Shown here piece by piece: positions 42,164 to 50,259 of a DNA stretch of 64,000 nt. The notes beneath the pieces were generated by a model that ran no database searches, had not been told where the DNA came from, and was given only the letters and a program-made list of their open reading frames with translations. Position numbers and translations under genes: made by a program. Numbering within the stretch: position 1 is the stretch's first letter; each line of letters begins with the position of its first letter. This DNA is from Nibricoccus sp. (GTDB lineage: Bacteria > Verrucomicrobiota > Verrucomicrobiia > Opitutales > Opitutaceae), in assembly GCA_049840895.1 (NCBI GenBank), contig JASGJB010000075.1:44816-108815 (forward strand), given 5' to 3'.

Positions 42164-45100
42164 TTAAGGCAGCTGGAGGCGGGCGTGTGGATTTCCGTAA
42201 ACGGTATAGGCGAGCCAGGTGGCTTCCCTTGCGTCGCGGGCGACCTCGCGCGCGGCCGAGGAGGCGTGGGCGAGCGTGTCGCCCGCTTTCAACCGTGTAT
42301 AGAGTTCTTCGGTGAACGTACGCGCGGGCCGGTCCCCGACGGCCCACGACGCCGCCACAAACATACCGGCCCCCTTGCGCAAAAAGGCCCGGGAGAAGCC
42401 GCCGATACTGGTCAGGTTATAGCCTGCGCGGCCAACCTGGCAGGCGTTGAGGACGACAATCGGTTTCGTCCCATCGTCTGCCACGAGCGAAGCGCCATTC
42501 TCGATCGTGGACGCTCTCAGTCGTTCGGGTACGTACTGCTTCCCGTCGCGGGACACTTTGCCCTCCAGCATCAGTTCGGCCCGGCCGATTTCCTTTTGAT
42601 CCGCCACGCCATGACAGGCGAAATGAAGCAGATCAAATTGACCGGCTGTTTCAAAGAGGGCGCGAACCGCTGGTGGATGAGGATCAATCGCTGAGGCTTC
42701 GAACGTTTGGGCCAAGAAAACCGCCTCCTCTTGCGCCTGGGGGAGCACCCATTCGGAGTGAAGATAATTGGGAATGACGTAGAAACAACGCTGCTCGCGT
42801 GCGCGCAGGGTTTCGGTGGGCCAGCCGACGTTATGCAGCCAGCGCACCACGCCCAGTTGGGCGAAGAAAAGCGTGTCGGAGGGCAAGCCCTTGCCGCGAT
42901 CCTTGAGATGAACCAGCTCCCACGGAATGAAAGGCTCCTCCGAAAAAACGAGGATCTCGTGGATGTCGCCGCGGTGCTCCCATAGCGCGCTTTGCACTTC
43001 CGGTGGCACCAACTCGTCCCATAGCTTGGCGCCCATGTCCCGCAGCTCGCGCTGAAACTCGTCGAAGTCGTCGTCGCTCTCCAGCCAGCGTCGCTCGATA
43101 TCGTCGTAGAGTCCTCTGACGTAGGCATCGCGGTCCCCCTGAATGGGCCGGGATTCGTAGCTGTGCTTCCAGCCGAACTCAGGAGAATCGATGATGAATT
43201 GGTAGAGCTTCTGTCCGCCGCGCTCGATTTCGAAAATCGTCAACTGATGCAAGGGCGTGGTCCCGGTGGGAGGCTCGACGATGACCGCCTTTTCGGGGCG
43301 TCTTGCGGGAGGGCGCGTTCGTTGCGTGATGATTCGGCACGTGAGCGGAATACTCACGAAAGGCTGGCCGCACTGGCGGACACGAACCATCACAGCACCC
43401 TCGCCAACATCAGTCGGTGTGAGATCGAAGGAGCGCTCGAGCGGCTGACCTGGCTCGGGCGGGGGTTCGTCAAAACGTGCCTTGCCGGCGAGCCGGAAGT
43501 TTTTCGTTGGGATCAGTTCGATAGTGAGCAATTCACCCGCCTTGATCGGACCGCTTCCCGTGCCCGATACGGCGCGAAAACTTTGCAGGATTTGTTCTCG
43601 TGACAGCTTTACGTCGACCGTGACCTTCTCGTCGAGAACGACCTCGTCGTTCATCTGAGCGAGCACGTGGCACGTGAAGGTGGATGGTGGACTCCCGGTC
43701 TCGGCGGGTCCAGGAGCGCTGGCTGGGAGCGATGCAGGAGACATCGAAGGCGGGCGCTCGATCGAAACATCCGGAGCAGCCGCGGGGGCTGGCGGCACCG
43801 ATCGCTCGCCACGTATCATGCGCGAAGCGAGCGTCATCGCCGAAGACAGTTTATGGAAATTTATTGCCGCTGAGGCCCCCGCGACTGTTTTCAGCTCAGC
43901 CGAGCTGAGGCTTTTGAACGACGGCAAGGTTCGTCGTGCGGTGATGCGGTGGGAATCTGTCTGGAACTTGGCCACGTCGCCCGCAAATCCGACCAAGGCT
44001 GCGATCGGCGTGGCGATGACTTTTAATTCAGCCACCCCTGTGACTTCGCCGGCATCAAGGGCAATGATCCGCTGACCCACTGCCGACCTTGCACTGAGTT
44101 GAAGCGAGGTCGTCAGGAAGGGGGTTTCCAGCTGTGTTGAGGCGTCGAACTCATGGAGATCCAGCGACTGTTTGAGAGGGGCCTGCGGATGCTTGTCGGC
44201 CATGGCAATCACCTCTTCTGTCGGGAACGCATAGCGGAGAAGCGAGGATTGGTCGAAGCGCTCCAGTACGACATAGCTCGGGGCGTGGATCTTCAGCTGG
44301 TCCACCACGTCGGCTCCCAATTCTTCTGCCGCCAGCACCGATATATTGGTGTCCACCCTTGCCGGTACCGAGCGGTAGGTCGTTCCCGGCTCAATCAGCC
44401 CGCGTATACGGGTTGGAGAAGCCGCTTGAGAACTTTCCAATTCCAGCCAGCGAGCCAGCGCGCTGGTTACCTGTGGCTGGAGAAAGTAATTGGTGTGGTA
44501 GACGAGTCCGTTGCTACCGAATGCCAGGGTGTCTTTGACAAACTTACCGGTGGAGTCGATCGACGTCATCGAGTCGACATGAACGACCAGGTCATTTGCG
44601 CGCTGCATCAGGCGGTCCATGAAACCGTCCGCGAGGAGAAGGAGGAATTGACGCGCCAGCTTGTTGTCCTGGTCGAGAGCGAGAGCGGCGTTGAATTCGG
44701 AGGTGATGGCGTAATAGAGGCTGTTTTCCGCTGTTGGCTGGCCGGGTTGGGTTTGGTTCAGCTCCTGGATGAATTTCCCGGCCGGTTCCATTGCCGCGAG
44801 GCCCGGGAGTGCTCCGGCGGTGATGGTTTCAGTCGCGAGTACCTTCACAAAGGCGCCAAGGCTGCTGATGCACTCCGCGATCAAGGTGGCCGCCGGTGTC
44901 GCTGCAGGGAATGTCGCGATGGCACGGCAGGCGCCTGCGGCAAGGTTTGTGTAGAGATCGATCAATGCGCGCCAGTTATCCGGGTTGGCCAGTTCAGTGC
45001 CGGCATTCACCGCGCCGGCAAATATCACCCGCTCGAATTTCCAGGGAAAGCGCTCACCGGGTTTGAGATGCTCCAGGAGGCTGCGAGTGACGATCCCGCC

Positions 45101-46033
45101 GCGACTGTGACAGATGATATCAAACCTTACCGGCTCGGCGCGTGTGCCGAGATGCGCGAAAAGCAAACGCTCCAGGTCGCGGGCATTTGTCAGCGGGTCG
45201 ACGGTCAGGGTGGCGTGTTCGAAGCCGATCACTGCGTCGTAATTGGCTCGAGCGCTTTGGAGAAACGCCCGGCCCCAAGGTGTGGCGCCAAGCGCGCCAT
45301 ATCCGCCCTTGGTGCTGCTGAAGGTCCCGTGGACAAACAGCAAAACCCGCGCAGGGCGGTCCGCCGGCAATCCGATCATTTCGGCCGCGGGGAGAAGTCT
45401 CCAGCCGAGCGGGTCGTCCCCGGACATCCGCATGATTCCTGTGCGAATATCCTTTTCCAGGTAGTCCCCGATTCGCTCCACGACAAAGTGTGCGACGAAC
45501 TTGAATACGAGAATTTTCGCGCGAGAAACGATGAAGTCGCTGATGAGCCCGCGTTGATGTTGCGCTCTTCCGGGGTTTTTTGCGCCGAGTCTGATCTGCA
45601 GGACGGCCTGGCGCGGACCGGACGGACCGCGATTTCTTGCGGCTGGGGCGGCGCCTGCCCCGGGGGAGTCCGATTCGAAATTCCACGCGTAACATCCGTC
45701 CTGTTCCGCGAGAACCGCCACGGATTCATTTGCAGCAAGGTCGATGGCGGTTTTAACCGCGTAACCGTCTTGCGGAGGTATGGCGCGGGCTTGTCCGGGG
45801 GACAGTGGACGGGGTTCGACCAGGATTGTGTCGACCAGGATCAGTTCCTGACCGCGCAGCGTACGGGCGATGGCATCGGTTTCGGAATTCTCGGACGAGC
45901 CTGCGGACGGCATCGGAATGGGGCCGCGTGCTGGGCGGAAGCCGCGGCGGTCCGGCCCGGCGGCTGTGGGAACGATTTCCAACTCATCAGCCAATTCAAC
46001 GCGCACACCCGTGGAACGAAGGATCGTTTTCAT
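42164..46033 (-). CDS. Alpha/beta-hydrolase (lipase-like) + Ig-like + CHAT protease fusion (islet gene D)
   Basis: LFVHGTFSS, CHSRGG nucleophile elbow, NDLVV, YHTNYF; then SEEPFIPWEL, LLHFACHG, VVLNACQVG, WAVGD, WLAYTVYGNP; SD GGGAGGAG 9 nt upstream. Confidence 0.9.
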   Translation of the reverse strand: MKTILRSTGVRVELADELEIVPTAAGPDRRGFRPARGPIPMPSAGSSENSETDAIARTLRGQELILVDTILVEPRPLSPGQARAIPPQDGYAVKTAIDLAANESVAVLAEQDGCYAWNFESDSPGAGAAPAARNRGPSGPRQAVLQIRLGAKNPGRAQHQRGLISDFIVSRAKILVFKFVAHFVVERIGDYLEKDIRTGIMRMSGDDPLGWRLLPAAEMIGLPADRPARVLLFVHGTFSSTKGGYGALGATPWGRAFLQSARANYDAVIGFEHATLTVDPLTNARDLERLLFAHLGTRAEPVRFDIICHSRGGIVTRSLLEHLKPGERFPWKFERVIFAGAVNAGTELANPDNWRALIDLYTNLAAGACRAIATFPAATPAATLIAECISSLGAFVKVLATETITAGALPGLAAMEPAGKFIQELNQTQPGQPTAENSLYYAITSEFNAALALDQDNKLARQFLLLLADGFMDRLMQRANDLVVHVDSMTSIDSTGKFVKDTLAFGSNGLVYHTNYFLQPQVTSALARWLELESSQAASPTRIRGLIEPGTTYRSVPARVDTNISVLAAEELGADVVDQLKIHAPSYVVLERFDQSSLLRYAFPTEEVIAMADKHPQAPLKQSLDLHEFDASTQLETPFLTTSLQLSARSAVGQRIIALDAGEVTGVAELKVIATPIAALVGFAGDVAKFQTDSHRITARRTLPSFKSLSSAELKTVAGASAAINFHKLSSAMTLASRMIRGERSVPPAPAAAPDVSIERPPSMSPASLPASAPGPAETGSPPSTFTCHVLAQMNDEVVLDEKVTVDVKLSREQILQSFRAVSGTGSGPIKAGELLTIELIPTKNFRLAGKARFDEPPPEPGQPLERSFDLTPTDVGEGAVMVRVRQCGQPFVSIPLTCRIITQRTRPPARRPEKAVIVEPPTGTTPLHQLTIFEIERGGQKLYQFIIDSPEFGWKHSYESRPIQGDRDAYVRGLYDDIERRWLESDDDFDEFQRELRDMGAKLWDELVPPEVQSALWEHRGDIHEILVFSEEPFIPWELVHLKDRGKGLPSDTLFFAQLGVVRWLHNVGWPTETLRAREQRCFYVIPNYLHSEWVLPQAQEEAVFLAQTFEASAIDPHPPAVRALFETAGQFDLLHFACHGVADQKEIGRAELMLEGKVSRDGKQYVPERLRASTIENGASLVADDGTKPIVVLNACQVGRAGYNLTSIGGFSRAFLRKGAGMFVAASWAVGDRPARTFTEELYTRLKAGDTLAHASSAAREVARDAREATWLAYTVYGNPHARLQLP

Positions 46034-46115
46034 GCCATGAATCTCCTCCCGCTGTGATGCCGTATGTCTCGATGACGTGGCCAGACAATAGCGACCTGAC
46101 TAAAAGACAGACGAC

Positions 46116-46133
46116 TTGCGTGAAGCGTGCCGG
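46116..46133 (-). promoter_or_regulatory. Sigma54-like -24/-12 element upstream of gene D
   Basis: Minus strand CCGGCACGCTTCACGCAA: GG-N10-GC with the GGCACG core, about 80 nt before the ATG. Confidence 0.4.
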
Positions 46134-46497
46134 CTTCAAGGGGCGCTCTCTATGTGAAGTTTCTGAAATGGAATTTGCCGAGCCAGTGGGTATAATAAAA
46201 GAAGTGCCGCTGTTTTCCGGTTCTTCTGGATCTACGAAAGCTTATGCCACGTTCACAGTGGATGCACTTCTGATAGTCATGGTCATCAACCGCCGGGAAC
46301 CCATGTACCCGTGTTTGGGTGAACTACCACTGTCGGAACTATTCAACGATCAGTCGGGCCGGCTGGCTTCTATATTCCGGCGGGTATGTGACGCGTGTGC
46401 GTCGTCACGTCACGAATCTGCAGAGTCCAAGGACGTGACTACGACTAGGCCGGCTAGAACAAAGATTACGAAAAGCATGGATCGATTGGTTTGACGA

Positions 46498-48069
46498 TCA
46501 GTGAGCTCCAGCGGCGGCGCCGGCCTTCACGGGACGGGAGAGGAAGGCGATGATGATTGTGCCCAGCAGCACGGCACCGAGGAGATAGAAACAGTCGTTG
46601 AAGGCCTGAAGATTGGCCTCGCGACGGACGAGGGCGTCGAGCGCGGCGACGGCCTGCTTTCCGGCGGTGTAGGCATCGCTGCCGCTGGCGGTAAATTTTG
46701 CGGTGAGTGCCGCGAGGCGCTCCTGTGTGAGCGGATTGTACGCGCTGATCGATTCGCCGAGACGGTTGGAGTGGAAGTGCTCGCGCACGGTGAGAAAGGC
46801 AGAAAACAGCGCGATGCCGATGGAGCCTCCGAGATTGCGCATCATGTTGAAGAGGCCCGATGCGGCGGAGATGCTGCTGGCGGGCAGGCTGCCGGTGGCG
46901 AGGGCTGAGACCGGCACAAGGATGAATGGCTGACCAAGCGCGCGAATGAGCAGCGACCAGCGTAGCTGATCGCGCGCGAAATCGACCGACATTCCGGTGT
47001 TGAAGAAGCAGCTGAGGCCGAAGAGCAGCAGGCCCCACGCGATCAACCAGCGGGCATCGATGCGCTTCATAAGAAAGGGCAGCAGCGGCATGATGAAGAG
47101 CTGCGGAATGCCGCCCCAGATGAGCGTGGCCCCGATGTCGGAGGCGCCGTAGCCTTGGATGGTGCCGAGATAGAGTGGCAGGAGGAAGATCGAGCCGTAC
47201 ATCGCGCCTCCGAGGACGACGTTGACGATCGAGCCGAGGAAGAAATTGCGGTTGGTGAAGAGCCGCAGGTCGGTCACGGGTTTTTTGGCGATGAACTGCC
47301 AGACCACAAATGCCGGGAGCGTGATGGCCGCGATGATGGCCAGTTGGGTAATGTGCTCTGACCCGAACCAGTCGTGCCGCGTGCCTTCTTCGAGGAAAGT
47401 GGTGAGCGTGCCGAGGCCCAGCGACATGAGCAGAATGCCCGGGATATCTACTTCGCGCAGTTTATCCCAACGTGCCGGCGATTGGGGAAACCCGTACCAC
47501 ACGGCGCCGAGCAGGAAGGGCCCGAGCAGGATGTTCAGATAAAAATTCCACTCCCAGCCCCAGTTGTCGGTGAGCCAGCCGCCGATGCTGGGCCCGATCG
47601 ATGGCGCGAACATCGCGGTGAGGCCGAACATCGCGAAACCCATCGGCTGCTTTTCTTTTGGCAGCATTTGAAAGACCGCTGAGAAGCCGAGCGGGATGAG
47701 CGCGCCGCCGAAGAAACCCTGGCCGGCGCGAAACACGATCATGCTGCCGAGGCTCCACGCATGGCCGCAGAGCACGGAGAACACGAGGAAGAGCGACGAC
47801 GTGATCAACAAGTAGCGACGCAGCCCGAGCACGGAAGTGATCCATGCGGTGAGTGGGATGACGATGATCTCGGGGACGAGATAGGCGATCGAGATCCAGG
47901 AGCTTTCATCGAGGCTGGCGCCGATCGCGCCGGAGATGTCACGGAGCGACGAATTGGTGATCTGGATATCGAGCACCGCCATGAAGGCGCCGAGCATGCC
48001 GCCGATGGTGCCGATCCAGGCGCGGGGCGAACCCGGAATGACGGTCGAGGTGGGGGAGAGCGCGTTCAT
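46498..48069 (-). CDS. DHA2-family MFS efflux permease (EmrB-like)
   Basis: GAFMAVLDIQITN, SWISIAYL, FRAGQGFFGG, GPSIGGWLTDN, MMRNLGGSIG; 14 TM helices. Confidence 0.93.
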   Translation of the reverse strand: MNALSPTSTVIPGSPRAWIGTIGGMLGAFMAVLDIQITNSSLRDISGAIGASLDESSWISIAYLVPEIIVIPLTAWITSVLGLRRYLLITSSLFLVFSVLCGHAWSLGSMIVFRAGQGFFGGALIPLGFSAVFQMLPKEKQPMGFAMFGLTAMFAPSIGPSIGGWLTDNWGWEWNFYLNILLGPFLLGAVWYGFPQSPARWDKLREVDIPGILLMSLGLGTLTTFLEEGTRHDWFGSEHITQLAIIAAITLPAFVVWQFIAKKPVTDLRLFTNRNFFLGSIVNVVLGGAMYGSIFLLPLYLGTIQGYGASDIGATLIWGGIPQLFIMPLLPFLMKRIDARWLIAWGLLLFGLSCFFNTGMSVDFARDQLRWSLLIRALGQPFILVPVSALATGSLPASSISAASGLFNMMRNLGGSIGIALFSAFLTVREHFHSNRLGESISAYNPLTQERLAALTAKFTASGSDAYTAGKQAVAALDALVRREANLQAFNDCFYLLGAVLLGTIIIAFLSRPVKAGAAAGAH

Positions 48070-48088
48070 GGGAAACCATGGAGGAGTG

Positions 48089-49195
48089 TTATTCGCGGAT
48101 GCTGACTTTGACGAAGGCCGACAGGCCGGGGGCGAGGCGAGCGGCGGTGTCGCCGATCGAATCGGGAGAGAGCAGGATCTTTACCGGAACGCGCTGGACG
48201 ACTTTAGTGAAGTTACCCGTGGCGTTGTCCGGAGGCAGCAGGGAGAACTTGGCGCCGGTGCCCGGCGAAAAACTGTCGACCGTGCCGTGGAAGGCATGGC
48301 CTTCGATAGCGTCGACCTTGATATCGACCTTCGCGCCGGCGCGGAGGTGGGCGAGCTGGCTTTCCTTGAAGTTGGCGACGACCCAGACCTGGTCGCTGAC
48401 GATGGCCATCATCGGCTGGCCGGGCTGCAGGCGCTGGCCGACTTCGACCGTCTTCTTGGCGATGCGCCCGTCGCTTGGAGCGCGGATGATCGTGTAGTCA
48501 GCCTGAAGTTTTGCGGCGGCCAGATTAGCCTCGGCCTTTTCGATCTGGGCGAGAGCGACCGTGTGCTGGGACTTCACTGCGGCGAGGGCGGCCTCGGCGG
48601 CGGTGCGGCCGGCGAGCAGCGATTGCTCGGTGGCGCGGGCGGCATCGAAGTTGGCGCGGGCGGCATCAAAATCTTGCTGCGATATCACCTTGTTGCCGAC
48701 GAGGGTTTCCATGCGCTGGAACTCAAGGGAGGCGCGCGTGAGACGGGCTTGATTTTCGGCGATGCGGGCGACGGCGGCATCAATATCGGCCTGGGCGCGG
48801 AGGATCTGGGCGTTGACCTGGTCTGCATTGGCCCTGGCCTGAGCGAGGTCGGCGGCGGCGCCTTGTACGACGAGTGCGAGATCGGCCGGGTCGAGTTCGA
48901 CCAGCGGCTGGCCGGCGGTGACGTGGGCGTTGTCGTCAACCAGGACGCGGAGGACGGTGCCGTTCACGCGCGGGCTGACCGGGTGGACATTGCCTTCGAG
49001 GAAGGAGTTGTCGGTCGTTTCGAAGCCGGCGCTGTGGTAGAAATAAACTCCGGCGCTGACGGCGGCGATGGTAAGGGCGGCGGTGCCGAGGAGGATCTTC
49101 GTCCATGGCAGGCTGCGGCGTTGCTTGGCGGGAGTGGAGGTGACGATGACGTCGGGGGCGAAATCGGCGGTGGCGGTGGAGGCGAGCGTTGTCAT
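48089..49195 (-). CDS. HlyD/EmrA-family membrane fusion protein
   Basis: TTDNSFLEG, VSPRVNG, WVVANFKESQL, FSLLPPDNATGNFTKVVQRVPV. Confidence 0.93.
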   Translation of the reverse strand: MTTLASTATADFAPDVIVTSTPAKQRRSLPWTKILLGTAALTIAAVSAGVYFYHSAGFETTDNSFLEGNVHPVSPRVNGTVLRVLVDDNAHVTAGQPLVELDPADLALVVQGAAADLAQARANADQVNAQILRAQADIDAAVARIAENQARLTRASLEFQRMETLVGNKVISQQDFDAARANFDAARATEQSLLAGRTAAEAALAAVKSQHTVALAQIEKAEANLAAAKLQADYTIIRAPSDGRIAKKTVEVGQRLQPGQPMMAIVSDQVWVVANFKESQLAHLRAGAKVDIKVDAIEGHAFHGTVDSFSPGTGAKFSLLPPDNATGNFTKVVQRVPVKILLSPDSIGDTAARLAPGLSAFVKVSIRE

Positions 49196-49280
49196 GGCGG
49201 TGGAGCGATTGAGTGGCTGATCTGCCACGAGAATATCAGCGGTCCGCCAAAGCCGGAATGACATTGTTCTTCCGAGACTA

Positions 49281-49295
49281 ATCGCTTTTTCCTAT
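49281..49295. promoter_or_regulatory. Putative LysR recognition box (T-N11-A)
   Basis: ATC-GCTTTTTCC-TAT in the divergent emrA/lysR spacer. Confidence 0.45.
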
Positions 49296-49307
49296 CAGCG
49301 TTCTCCC

Positions 49308-50237
49308 ATGGAACTGAGGCATCTCCGCTACTTCGCAGCCGTCGCCGAGGAACTGAATTTCCGCAAGGCGTCGGAACGCCTGCGCGTGGCGCAGCCGGCG
49401 CTCAGCAGCCAGATCAAGGATCTCGAGTACGAACTCGGTGTGCGCCTGCTTGATCGCAACACCGGCGGCGTGCGGCTCACGGATGCGGGGACGGCGTTTC
49501 TCGTCGAGGTGCGGCAACTCCTCGCTCGCGCGGAACAGGCGATGGTCGTGGCGCGCGAAGCGGCGAAGGGTCGTCGCGGCCGGCTGACCATTGGTTACTT
49601 TGCGGCGATTTTCATGGGGCTGATGCCGGGTAGTCTGAAAGCGTTTCGAGAAAAGTATCCCGACGTCGACGTGGAGCTCGTGGAGATGCCGATCTCGGAA
49701 CAACTGGTGGCGCTCGAAGCCGGCACGATCCACATCGGGTTCATGGTGGCGGGTGGACTGCCGGTGCCGCCGAGCCTCAGTGCAGCGGAAGTTGCGCGTT
49801 CACCGATTCGCGTGGTGATGGCGCGCGGGCACCGGCTGGCGCGGGCGAAGCAGATCAGTATGGATCAACTGCTGAACGAACATTTGCTGTGCTTTTCCGC
49901 CAAACGAGGGGCTGCGTCCGTGCACCGCGAAATCATGTCGCGCACGCTGGAATCGTACGGCGTGAAGGTGAAGGCGATCCAGCAGATCGATGGCGCGGAC
50001 GCCTTCAGCGCGACGCTGGCCAGCGGGCTGGGGATTTCGCTCGTCGCGGAGTCCGGTACGCTGACCCAGAATCACGACATCGTCACCCGACCGCTCAAGG
50101 ATACCGGGCCTGATTTTTCACTGGGTCTCCTCGCGCTGTGGCGCAAGGACCAGGAATCGCAACTCGTGGCCAATTTTGTCGCGGTGATGAAGCGGGTAGC
50201 GCCGGTGGGCGGGACTGGAAAATCCGCGAAGCGCTGA
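49308..50237 (+). CDS. LysR-family transcriptional regulator
   Basis: MELRHLRYFAAVAEELNFRKASERLRVAQPALSSQIKDLE HTH; divergent from the efflux genes. Confidence 0.95.
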   Translation: MELRHLRYFAAVAEELNFRKASERLRVAQPALSSQIKDLEYELGVRLLDRNTGGVRLTDAGTAFLVEVRQLLARAEQAMVVAREAAKGRRGRLTIGYFAAIFMGLMPGSLKAFREKYPDVDVELVEMPISEQLVALEAGTIHIGFMVAGGLPVPPSLSAAEVARSPIRVVMARGHRLARAKQISMDQLLNEHLLCFSAKRGAASVHREIMSRTLESYGVKVKAIQQIDGADAFSATLASGLGISLVAESGTLTQNHDIVTRPLKDTGPDFSLGLLALWRKDQESQLVANFVAVMKRVAPVGGTGKSAKR

Positions 50238-50259
50238 CGGAAAAGTGCGAGGCAGCGCG

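Larger units (their letters stand above)
33443..46497. mobile_element. Putative tRNA-adjacent genomic islet (no integrase or att repeat seen)
   Basis: Starts right after tRNA-Gly; AT-richer flanks and interior; A/T-ending codons; four genes unrelated to the flanking functions. Confidence 0.5.

Noticed and set aside
46030-46038. Two-codon uORF (ATG GCA TGA) overlapping the gene D start
   Set aside because: The SD is better spaced for the main ATG; nothing else supports a regulatory role.
45805-46494. 229-aa plus-strand ORF at the islet's right edge as a fifth component
   Set aside because: Overlaps gene D antisense, has no recognisable motif, and covers the likely promoter region of D.
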